This document shows positions 28,457-39,883 of a stretch of DNA of 64,000 bases, one piece after another. Source of the DNA: Octopus sinensis (taxonomy: Eukaryota). Each line of letters begins with the position of its first letter. Within the stretch, counting starts at the first letter, position 1. The position numbers and the translations under genes were made by a program. The notes below the pieces were generated by a model, which searched no databases, was not told where the DNA came from, and saw nothing but the letters and a program-made list of their open reading frames with translations. The stretch is from assembly GCF_006345805.1 (NCBI RefSeq), contig NC_043004.1:52328001-52392000 (forward strand), in the 5' to 3' direction.

Positions 28457-30340
28457 TCATTTTAAAAGATTCATTTTTTCTTCTTCTTTTGTATTGTTTT
28501 TGATGAGGTGTTTGTATAGTTTTTTCGACAGGTACCGTTGAAACCCGCCTACCGCATTCGGAAATATTGTTTTCAGTATGTGGTGTTGTGCTTGTGTTAT
28601 GTGTAAAATTCTGATGTGTTTCGGTGGTGTGGTGTGCGGATGATTGTTTGTCTTAAAGTCATCTTCCCAGATGACCGTGTTGGATGTGATGTAGTCCATT
28701 AATTCTTTATTGTCTGTGTCTATTGCAGTTAGTTGTGTGTGTGGTTTTACGGGTTCATTGCTTTTTTGATTGTCTAGGGGGATGTTGTCCGGAGTTAGAT
28801 ATCTCCCTGCTTTACTTCCTTGTTTGGTGGATTTTTTGGATCTTTTCCTCTTACCCCCTGTGGCTATTTGCCATACCGTCGAACTTTCGTCGTCCGACGT
28901 ATCAGTATGGGGTAGAGGCAAAGCATTTGCATTACATGTATGCTTGTATAAATTGTTGATGTTTTGTGCGGTGTTTGTGTTGTTGTGGTGTTAGGGGTAG
29001 AATTTGTCTTCTCGTCACTGTTTTCTGTCTTTTTAATTGTCGTCCTCGGTGTGGGTGTTGGTCTCTTTTTTTGTTGATTCAACATGTTGAATTGGTTGTG
29101 ACGTCAACGGTGATTGTGTTGGTACTGTTTCTTTTCTTGGTGATGTTGTTGGGGTTTGTTTACTGGTTTGTTGTTTTTCTTGGCATTGTTCCATAATTGA
29201 GTGTGTTGGTGTTGGTGTTGGCAACAAGGGTTTTTTATTTGTTTTCTGATTTGTTTTTTCTTGTTTTTTCTGTACCAGAGCACACTTGGCAATTAAATGT
29301 TCGGTGCTGCCACAGTTGTAGCATCTAGGTTTTTTGCCTTCTGCTATAATATATAGGCTTTGCCCATTTTCCAAGTGGATCTTATCCGGTAGGCTCTCGA
29401 TAGAGGCCCCTTCAATCTGTATGGGCACCCCTATAGTTTTTCCACCCCAATTGTCGTTAAGGTACACGGCGGTTTCCAAAATATTGATAGTTTTCAAATG
29501 ATAACAGATTGCCTCTGTTATCCATTTGTTAGGAATATCGAGGGGTACATTTTTAATAGTGATTCGACTCACTCTCTGGTTTTTGTAGTATGGGACTATG
29601 ATGATTTCATCATTTCCCAGAGACTCAGTAGAGTGAGCTTTTGCCACTTCCTGGTTAGGGAAGCGGACCACTACTGTGTTCAACTGGGGACCCCAGTTTA
29701 TGTATTCTTTTTTTTCATTGTTTTTTAAGCATTTTTCTACATCCGTTTTTGTAATCTGTTCATTTAGTTTTTTGTTTTTCTCATAATTTTATAAATAATT
29801 GTCTTATTTTCTATTTCTTGCTTTATGTGTTGAGGTGTATGTAGCACTAAATCTTGCCCTCTGGTTGTAAGAGAGATCTTGTTTCTAAAAGTTCTTCGTT
29901 CGTGAAATGTATAATCTGTTTCTTCTAACGCAGAGTGTCAGCGAAATTTGTTGGTGCTGTTAATTCTGTTATATTAACATCTTCACTATTATATTTTTAT
30001 TGTTGTTCTTGTTGTTGCTGTTGTTTTTGTCAATAGTTTTCGTGTGAGTTTTATTTTTATCATTTATGTTGGTCGTGGTGGTGGTGGTGGTGGTGGAGGT
30101 GGTGGTGGAGGTGGTGGTGGCGGTAGCAGTAGTAGTCTCGTGGTTGCTGTTGTTAGTGGTGGTGGTGGTGGTGGTGACAGGGCTGTTACCGCACGTGGTT
30201 GCAGCGTTCATTCCACCAATATTCATGTTTGCACTTTGCGTGCATGCGTTCTTTTTTTCTTCTCCTAGCGTTTCCAAACTAGGAAAATGCTGGTCCATAA
30301 AGGAACGCGACCAGCGTTCTACAATAAAATTTCTCGACAT
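28457..30340 (-). pseudogene. LINE ORF1 (gag-like RNA-binding protein), frameshifted
   Basis: Pieces 29969-30340, ~29690-29920, 29033-29683, 28864-29085 and 28457-28921. RRM-like segment, then the CCHC knuckle CYNCGSTEHLIAKC at 29282-29323. Confidence 0.8.
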
Positions 30341-30537
30341 TTTCTAATGTCGAGAAGAAAATTACAGAAATGAAATGGGGTTGAAACTGCCCCTAGGGGC
30401 GAATTCCTCCCTTGGAAAAGCACTGAAACGAAAGTTGGGTGCCTTACACAACTTATTTACAAAAATGTACACAAAATATGGGCTATAAATAGTCAAAATA
30501 AACGATTACCTTCGGAGTCGAAGTGACAGCACGTCAG

Positions 30538-30613
<76 letters not shown>

Positions 30614-30618
30614 CAGAC

Positions 30619-30699
<81 letters not shown>

Positions 30700-30712
30700 T
30701 ATAGATAGATAA
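30538..30712. repeat. (GATA)n tract at the LINE 5' end
   Basis: Direct reading. Confidence 0.95.
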
Positions 30713-30965
30713 GTTTCTTTATTGGCCACACAGGGCTGCACACAGATGGGACAAGTTACAAGGTAGAGCTTTTCTTTTGGGGGATGAAAAAAAGGGGGTG
30801 GCGTAGGTTTTCGATCAAGAGGGATCGTAAAAGGGAAGAAAAGAACAAAAGAAATAAAAAAATAAAAAAAATAGAATAAAAAATAAAAAGAATAAAAGAA
30901 AAAAAAAAGAAAGAGAAAGGAACAAAAGAAAAGAGAAATGAAAAAAGAAGAAAAAGGGGAAAATA
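30713..30965 (-). mobile_element. 3'UTR-only stub of a Tx1-like family, in tandem upstream of the full LINE
   Basis: (TATC)n on both sides; hairpin CGATCCCTCTTGATCG (30812-30827); AATAAA at 30718-30723. Confidence 0.78.
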
Positions 30966-30966
30966 T

Positions 30967-31031
<65 letters not shown>

Positions 31032-31154
31032 GAGATAGAGAGATCCTCTTATAAGTGCAATCATATGTTTCTCTGTGCGAAAAAATAAGTATGAATATGT
31101 ACGTTTTCGCGTGTGTATATGTCTATGCATTCGTCAATGTTTTTCAGTGTATGC

Positions 31155-31192
<38 letters not shown>

Positions 31193-31617
31193 GGTTGATG
31201 TGCGTATGTTTCATTGCATTGATTGTCATTAAAGAAGGCAGGATACAGGGAAACATTCGTTCGACATTAACTACAGTTTTGTTGGTGGAGCCGAGGACAT
31301 GTTCTCACTAATTGGACGGAACTACGCTGTTGCGTTATTGAACAGTCTAATCAGCCCGATGAGGACTAGGGCTACGTGAATAACTGGCATGTGTTGCGAA
31401 TTGCATGCTTGTATACTTGCGTTTACGCATGTGCGGCGTGCGTGTTTCCGAGTGTCTGCGTTTCTGTTGCATGTTTGTTTCGTGTGGATGTATATGTGTA
31501 TGGGTGTGCATATATGTGTGTAAATGTGTTTGCCTGTGTGTGTGTTTGTCTGCGAATAAATATAGGAACGTATGAATATATATTCGCAGATATAGCAGAA
31601 TAAAAAGTACACTCAGT

Positions 31618-31629
31618 CATCTATCTATC

Positions 31630-31719
<90 letters not shown>

Positions 31720-31740
31720 CATACCTACCTACCTACCTAC

Positions 31741-31807
<67 letters not shown>

Positions 31808-31834
31808 GCTATCTATCTATCTTTCTGTCTAGCC

Positions 31835-31868
<34 letters not shown>

Positions 31869-31870
31869 AT
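31618..31870. repeat. (TATC)n microsatellite
   Basis: Direct reading. Confidence 0.95.
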
Positions 31871-31999
31871 ATATATCAATCTATCAATCTGTCTGTCTGC
31901 CTGTCTTTATATACATATATACATACAATCATACATGTATAAATATATATATATATATATGTATATACATATATATATGTATATCTCTGTGTGTATATC

Positions 32000-32064
<65 letters not shown>

Positions 32065-32206
32065 GTGTGTGTGTGTGTGTATATATGTATATATATATAT
32101 GTGTATATATATATATATGTATATGCATATATGCATATATATATATGTATGTATGTATATATATATATGTGTGTGTGTGTATACGTATACTCACGCAAAC
32201 ATACAC

Positions 32207-32245
<39 letters not shown>

Positions 32246-32880
32246 CAGAAGGAACTACATATATTTAGGTGCGTACATTTGTATATTTTTTGTGCATTCA
32301 ATCTTTATCTCTACGATTGTGAGAGACTGGTTGTATAAGTACACGCGTATGCATGCTTGTTAATCTCTAGGATTATAAATATTACACACACTATCCCACA
32401 TGCACACACATATTCATCTACGTCAAAACACCACGAAAACACTCACATACTAACAGATACACATAGTAGCATGCATTTAGAAGCATACATATAGCCACTT
32501 TCATTTCTATAGTAATTCAATGAGTCATCGGTTCTATTGATTGATAACAGGAATATTCACTCTTCTTCGAAATCGACCGAAGATCCATTTACTTATTTTA
32601 CTTATTTCTATATATTTGGATGTATATATATTCGTGGAATTCATATATGCCTATAAACATGCTCGACACAGACAGACAGACTGACACACACACACACACA
32701 CGCACAGAGAGAGAAAGAGTGAGACTTAGAGTGGGAGAGAGAATGAATGACAGATGCGTGTAGGTATTTATGTTTGAATGTGTGTACATATATACATGCG
32801 TAGATGTATATATATATATATATATATATACACATGCGTGTATGTGTATGTGTGTGTGGTTGTATGTGCATGTATGTTCC

Positions 32881-32912
<32 letters not shown>

Positions 32913-32922
32913 TAATATATAT

Positions 32923-32946
<24 letters not shown>

Positions 32947-32954
<8 letters not shown>

Positions 32955-33772
32955 TGTATATAAGAAAAAGGGACAGGCAAAACAGGTTGCTTGACCGCAT
33001 ACCGAAAAAATAGAAATAGCAGTCAAGAATGCTTATTTCTATCAAAGTTGGACTCCGGGCATGACAGACCCTGTAATTCACATATGCAAAACAGAAGGAA
33101 TAGATAACGAATACGAAGTCTGGCGGTTATCTGTGAACATCATGTTTCTGGATTATAAACATATTGAATATATATTCCATATATTTTTGATATATATTTC
33201 ATATATATTGCATATATATTTCACATCCTTCTTCAGCACAGCTTTCCATTGAAAAAGATTTATCATAGATTTATCAAATGCTACGTACCTCAAACCTTCT
33301 GACCATGCGACATCAAAATATTTGAAGAAAGTGAGCAAAGGCTAAACCTACATAGACGTTTGAATTCATAAATCTTCCCTCCAAAATTCTGCCATGCGCA
33401 TTACAAAAATATTTCCATAAGATGGGGAACAATTAGGTTGTCAAAGGGAGTGAAAAATCCAAATAGTAATATAATGATAAGAGTAAATAATTTCTATAAA
33501 GGCTTTTAAAAAAACCCCAATTATTTACTGGTAGAATTCGGTATGTAAATATAGCCGATTACCGGCAGGAACTTCTGTAAAGTTCAGTATATATATTGTA
33601 TATAAGAAAAAAGGACAGGCAAAACAGGTTGCTTGACCGCATACCGAAAAAATAGAAATAGCAGTCAAGAATGCTTATTTCTATCAAAGTTGGACTCCGG
33701 GCATGACAGACCCTGTAATTCACATATGCAAAACAGAAGGAATAGATAACGAATACGAAGTCTGGCGGTTAT
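32947..33772 (+). repeat. ~185 bp direct duplication (32947-33130 and 33589-33772)
   Basis: tataagaaaa..ggacaggcaaaacaggttgcttgacc...tctggcggttat occurs twice, near-identical. Confidence 0.92.
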
Positions 33773-33781
33773 ATATATATC

Positions 33782-33864
<83 letters not shown>

Positions 33865-33866
33865 TA

Positions 33867-33975
33867 CTTTATTTAAAAGCAGCTGTAATATAACAAAACT
33901 GTTACTCAGAGTTTCACGGGAACGTGAAATTGTGAGAAACAGGTTTTGTTATATTTCTGCTGCTTTTAAATAAAG
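33867..33975. other. 109-nt near-perfect foldback with a GGAA tetraloop
   Basis: Left arm ctttatttaaaagcagc..aatataacaaaac..tttcacg pairs with right arm cgtgaaa..gttttgttatatt..gctgcttttaaataaag. Confidence 0.85.
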
Positions 33976-34054
33976 CATATTACTCTACCTCTGGTATTTG
34001 AGTACTCTTTTTATCACCTTGTTTCACATTCATGTGCTTACTCCGGTAAACACG

Positions 34055-34090
<36 letters not shown>

Positions 34091-35694
34091 CATACATATA
34101 TATATATATATATGTTTAATAAATATATATATATATGCATATAGGAACATACATGTACATACACCCACACACTCATATATATATATTTATACACACACAC
34201 GGGCATAATACAAATATGCATTAAGCAAACATACATTGATGCATACATATACTTTTACCTATTCAAGTTTTTTGTTTTAGTAATTATATATGAGCATATA
34301 GGCATACAGACATTATGTATGTAAGTATGTTCGTGTGTGTTCGTATGTATACGTTTTCTCTTTAGATTTATTGTATAATGGTGTAAGCATATGTGTATTT
34401 GTGTGTGTCTTACTCGTACGTAGATACGACATCTTTGAAAACATACGAAACGAAACACATCCACGTGAGTTATGCTTTAATGAACTAAAGTAGTTACCAT
34501 GTTTCTATTTTGTATTATTTTTCTCCGCCTTTTGCCTAAATTTATCTCTTTTATCTAAACTTGGTGAGATAATACGCTGATATTTTTAAGTGGCACCAAA
34601 TTGGTCCTAATTCCACCTTTACAAAGTCACTTAACATCTTCCAACAAAAACGTAGAACCACTCAATTAAGTGACGTGTGCAAATGTTTGATTGCGACAAA
34701 TTTTAACGATTTTTGTTGATATTTCGCCAGCTGTCTTTTGAGATTATTTTCTGTATACGTTGTTGTTTTCACATTTCTTTTATAAAATTTCATATTTCCA
34801 CAATCTTGATAGTAATTGTATTGACATAGTTATGAAACACGTTTTATAAATCAAACACTAAATCCCATTTATTTATAGTGTTTGTTATGTATTTGTGAAC
34901 GGAAAATAATATTGGTTTTGGGGGCTTGCAGCTTATGAATCCATGCGATTTTTTTCTGTTTTGTTGATCCTAGTAGTAAAAGATGAGATATTTTTTCAGG
35001 GTGAATAGTTTTGAGATGTCACTGCTAACCAGCAGGCATTCTAATCTTGTATATCCTTTGTGCTATACGTCGGGTGGTGAATTTAGAATCACAAACAAGA
35101 CTGGAAAATTCCCTGGAGATCTTTACACTCTGGAAATTAATTTCATTGAGGTTCATGTAAAATTGATAAACTAAAATGCTACTTAAGTCCTAAGGTCGAG
35201 AACCCCGCTTCTCGCAAAATTGATGGTCTTATACCTTTGTCATTAACCATTAGTTTTTGTTGTTCCTGAGTACCAATGCCACGGAAGACGACTTTGTCTG
35301 TCATCCTTTTGGAGGTCGATAAATGAAGTACAAACTGACCTCTGGGCTCGAGGTATTCTTCTAGTTGCCTCCACATCAATTATAAACCTTCTGCCTATTA
35401 TGAAAAATGTTATTTATTTATTTATTTTTGCTATTGGTAGGGAGATATATTGGCACATTCGTTTGATCGTTGGAGGAAAAGAGGATTACTTTTCATTGTT
35501 TCACCAGTTTGCGTCCAAATTTCGAATCCCACAGAGTACAACTTTCACTTTTATCCCTCCAGAGCGGATAAAAGAAAATACTAGTGAAGTACTGAGGCCT
35601 GTAAATTCGACTCTTACCTGTCACTAAGAAAAATAACTTCATATAACACAGTTATAGATGAAATGAAGAAAAATTTTCGAAAGGAAAATATATA

Positions 35695-35886
35695 GGTGTA
35701 GGTGTGACTGTGTGGTGAGTAGCTTGCTTACCAACCACAGGGTGTATGTACATGTAGCAGTTCAGCAAAAGAGACGGATAGAATAAGTACTAGGCTTACA
35801 AAGAATAAGTCCTGGGGTCGATTTGTTCGACTAAACTTGGTGCTCCTGCATGGACGTAGTCAAATGACTGAAGCAAATAAAAGAAA
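35695..35886 (+). mobile_element. SINE family A, internally deleted, plus strand
   Basis: Head gtgactgtgtggtgagtagcttgcttacc joined to the tail ..caaatgactgaagcaaataaaaga. Confidence 0.75.
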
Positions 35887-36411
35887 TTTGAAATTTGCAT
35901 TACTCCTCCCGTAACTCCTCTGTCATTTGCCCAATCTGTTCCTTTTCCTCTGCGATCATTTTCTCTAACGGTCTGTGTAGCGTTACTTTAGTCAACCTAG
36001 AACGTACACTGTGGCTGCATCCCTTATATTATCTTCTTTCGTTTTTATTTTACTTTCTCTCTTTCCCTCCCTACCCTTCTCTATACAACGTAAAGCTTGA
36101 CTAGAGAAATCAGCAAACTAACTAGAGAACATTTATACCGGTAATTTTTATATAAAGATTCTCATTAAAACGTTGATAAGTATAGTAAAAATTTCCTTTT
36201 CTGCAGTAAAATAAATCAGTTTGATGAGGCATAAAAACTGTTACGGATTACAATACAAACACATTGACGCATCGTAGAAAACACATTTTAACATTTTAAT
36301 ACTTTTGCCACTATACTTTTTTTGAACCGAAAGATACTAGATTTATTCCACGGATAACTTTTCGAGAAATAACTTTCGAAAAGTTATTTTGGAATAAGAA
36401 TGAAAATAATA

Positions 36412-36625
36412 AAGTAATTATTGATTTTAAATTTCGGCTCAAGGCCAGTAATTTCAGGGCACGAGGTAAGTCGATTACATCGATACCAGTACTCAACTGA
36501 TACTTATTGTTTCGACCCCGAAAGAACGAAAGGCAAAGCTGACCTCAGCGGAATATGAACTCAGAACATAAAAACGGACGAAATGCCGCTAAGCATCTTG
36601 TCTGGCGTGCTATTTATTCTGCCAG
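36412..36625 (-). mobile_element. SINE family B
   Basis: gtttcgaccccgaaagaacgaaaggcaaagctgacctcagcggaatatgaactcagaac is the reverse complement of the family B core. Confidence 0.8.
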
Positions 36626-36889
36626 ACAGCCGATCAGATAATGAAATAATTATTAATATAACAGTCTATATAAGGTGGTACTTGGAACATAAATTAACAT
36701 GGAATTATAATATAAAATTTCTATTTAGATTTTTTATAAGAGACACACTTGACAACAGTTTGTGTATCATTTATAAAGCGTGTTGAAGTGTGAGGCGGCA
36801 TTAGCTGTAATACTTTCTGTCAAAGGATTTTATCCAAGAGATTTGTATCTTTCTCATTTTTTAAAAGATAATTTGCTGCAGTTATTGCA

Positions 36890-37195
36890 CTGCATCTATA
36901 TTGGAACCCTGCTTCGAAGGGTTCCAGACGACAAATTGACCCAGTAGGCATATTTTGACTTTGGTACTTATTGTATCAGTCACGTCTGTCTGCGGAATCG
37001 CTAAGAGTACGAGAATATAATCAAACGGATACCGTTTAGCGAGCGCTTGAGGAAGAAACACAAACACGAACACAAGCAAACACACGCACATACGATGTAC
37101 TTCTTTCCCTTTCCGCCTGCCATATACATTCAGAAATCACTGGTCGTCTCGGAGGTGTAATAGAAGACACTCACCTACGGTGCATCGCATGTGAT
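36890..37195 (-). mobile_element. Degenerate SINE family A copy
   Basis: Diverged matches to tacttattctatcggtc..ccgctaag and ctttcagtttccgtctacc..tagaagacac. Confidence 0.55.
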
Positions 37196-37460
37196 TGGGA
37201 AACAAAAATTGTTACCTCCTTTATTAACAAACAAATATTTTCCTTTTTATTTTGAATCAGGAATTGACACTGTATCCTACTACATTGAAAATCAAAACCG
37301 ATTTACCCTGACACAACGTCTGATACTGTCCGCATCAGATTATTGAGCATCCTATTATTAGGATCTTTGAGGACTTCGTTTTCGTAGAGAACTTCATAGA
37401 GTTACTTATTTGCATGTAACGCGGGTACTCGATTGTAATGGATTGTAACATTTTGACCGA

Positions 37461-37705
37461 TACATTATTTACATTATTTATATTTGACAGATGTTTGTCC
37501 TAATCTTGTTTGTGGTTAACACAACGTTTCAGCTGATATAACCTCCAGCCTTCATCAGGTTTCGTCGGGAAATTTCGAACGTGGGTTCTCATTCCTAAGG
37601 GGTTTTTTTGGTGCTGTTATTATTATTATTAAGGTCACTACCTGGAATCGAACTCGGAATATTGCGGTTAGTAACCGGCGCTCTTAACCACTACGCCATA
37701 TGCCC
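37461..37705 (-). mobile_element. tRNA-headed SINE-like element containing a hammerhead ribozyme
   Basis: A box TGGCGTAGTGG (37688-98), B box GAGTTCGATTCC (37644-55), (TAA)n linker, hammerhead core, (taaataatg)2-like tail. Confidence 0.75.
37518..37563 (-). ncRNA. Minimal type-I hammerhead ribozyme motif
   Basis: gaaac CTGATGA a GGCTG gaggttatat CAGCT GAAA CGTT gtgtt; core intact, one mismatch in helix I. Confidence 0.7.
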
Positions 37706-38859
37706 GTGGGCATGTATTTTGATCGATTTTGTTACGATTTCTTCATGTTTGTTTTTTTTATTTTCCTGTTTTAGCTTTCTACATATGTCTCCTTTAGTGT
37801 TTCATTGCTCCTATAATTCCTATAATAATATGTGTTATACTCATTTGTTTTTGCAAGATGACGCTGTACATATATATTTAACTGCATATCTATTTAAGTT
37901 GAGTTATATACACAGCACGTACTCATTTATGTATTTAGGGCAAGCCTATTTTCCTATCATGTCATGTTTGTAGACAAACTTATCAAGCTATGGGAAATAT
38001 ATATTGTATTCAGTAGTGGAATTATCTGAAGCTTTATTTCTTCATTCTAGTTCATATATCAAATATAGCTCAGAAGTACTATTGGTATTGTAAATGCAAT
38101 GAATTTTATTATAATCAACTAAATGAACTAAATTCGAAATTGCACAAGCAATACAGATATCAGCTTCGCAATATTATATATATATGTATATAAAAATAAG
38201 CTTATATATATTTTATACATTCAAAGCAAAATCTCTTAGAGATTCTTCGAATTTCGAATTCCTCTTAAATACTTTGAATATTCTTTAAAAAATATACATT
38301 TCTACTTTCTTATTCGTAAACTTTTCTTTTTTAGATAAATGCTTTCTAGAAGCTAAGAGTATTTGAAGGCATATTCGAGGTAAATTTTAAGTACTTTATT
38401 AAAAGGAAATTTCTTTTTGTAAAATTAAAAAAAAAACTAGTCTTGTCACTTGATTTTTATGTTATGACTATAAGTACTGGACAGACGTATTATGCATCGC
38501 TCTATTTCATTTCTTTCTTACTTTCTTTCTTCATATGTTTTCCTTCCTTCTGTTCTTCGTTCTTTCTATTCGCCTTTATTTAACTTTTGTTCTCTGTTAC
38601 TCTTATTTATTTCTTGTGTCTTTCTTTGTTCTTATCTTTCGCAAATTTTCGTATTTCCGTTTACGTCATCCTATAAATTTTTTTCATGCACTTATAATTC
38701 CCACTCTTCTCGAAAGCACTTCCTTCTCACTTTTTCTCACATCCTCATTTTTTTCTTCTCTATTTTGAATTGATTTATACATACATAAATACATAGATAA
38801 ACATGTACTTACATAGATGCATGCATGCATACATACATACATACATACACACACACACA

Positions 38860-38860
38860 C

Positions 38861-38901
<41 letters not shown>

Positions 38902-39083
38902 TCGCACACACAAATGTATATGCATGTACTTCACTATAAATACAGTATATATACAAATAAATAAGTATATATATATATATATATATATACATACACTAGA
39001 TGCACACATAAATACAGGTGTATGCATAGCTATATACTAGTATATTATATTAAATGTAATTCAATTCTGAATTCAAACATACA

Positions 39084-39118
<35 letters not shown>

Positions 39119-39348
39119 CACACACACCACACACACCATATATAATATATAATATATATATATAGAATTCGCACACACAAATGTATATGCATGTACTTCA
39201 CTATAAATACAGTATATATACAAATAAATAAGTATATATATATATAATATATATACATACACTAGATGCACACATAAATACAGGTGTATGCATAGCTATA
39301 TACTAGTATATTATATTAAATGTAATTCATTCTGAATTCAAACATACA

Positions 39349-39390
<42 letters not shown>

Positions 39391-39394
39391 ACAC

Positions 39395-39405
<11 letters not shown>
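38860..39405 (+). repeat. ~270 bp tandem duplication bounded by (CA)n/(TA)n
   Basis: ttcgcacacacaaatg...gaattcaaacatacac starts at 38901 and again at 39168. Confidence 0.92.
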
Positions 39406-39435
<30 letters not shown>

Positions 39436-39852
39436 TGTGTGTATGTGTGTTTAGTTTTAACTAGATTTTCATATGAAATATTCCATACTTCTATGTAACT
39501 GAATTTCCCCTTCTCTCTTCTGAGATACCATTCTCATTTTGTTGTCGCCAACATTTCTGTATCTTAAATACGTTCATAAGTTATAATGTAATGCTCCCAG
39601 ATACATCTGTATAGCTTCTTAATTCAATAAAGTATTCTCTTTATTCATTTCTTTCCTCGTTTCATGGGCATCCTTATTTCTTCTCCATTATTTCATCTTT
39701 GAAACTGTTCGACTTTCTAGAATAACTTGTATGTCAAATACGTATATATTAATCCTTTACTCATTTTCATTCCTCCTTGTCTTTTTGTCATATAAACACA
39801 TACAAAGGGCCTTCTTTTTTATGTTCATCTCTCACTCTCTCTCTCTCTCTTT

Positions 39853-39883
<31 letters not shown>

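Larger units (their letters stand above)
24685..30537 (-). mobile_element. Full-length Tx1/L1-type non-LTR retrotransposon (~5.85 kb), inactivated
   Basis: ~200 bp 5'UTR, ORF1, ORF2 and a 3'UTR with AATAAA (24688-24693); (GATA)n on both flanks. Confidence 0.92.

Noticed and set aside
23583-30965. Composite transposon with long inverted termini around the LINE
   Set aside because: The inverted copies are LINE-type 3'UTRs with AATAAA and TATC context pointing inward. There are no TSDs or transposase, so independent retro-insertions explain them better.
34983-35379. Protein-like ORFs at 34983-35174 (+) and 35179-35379 (-)
   Set aside because: The minus ORF overlaps a degenerate family B SINE (35255-35350); the plus ORF has no motif or clear donor site.
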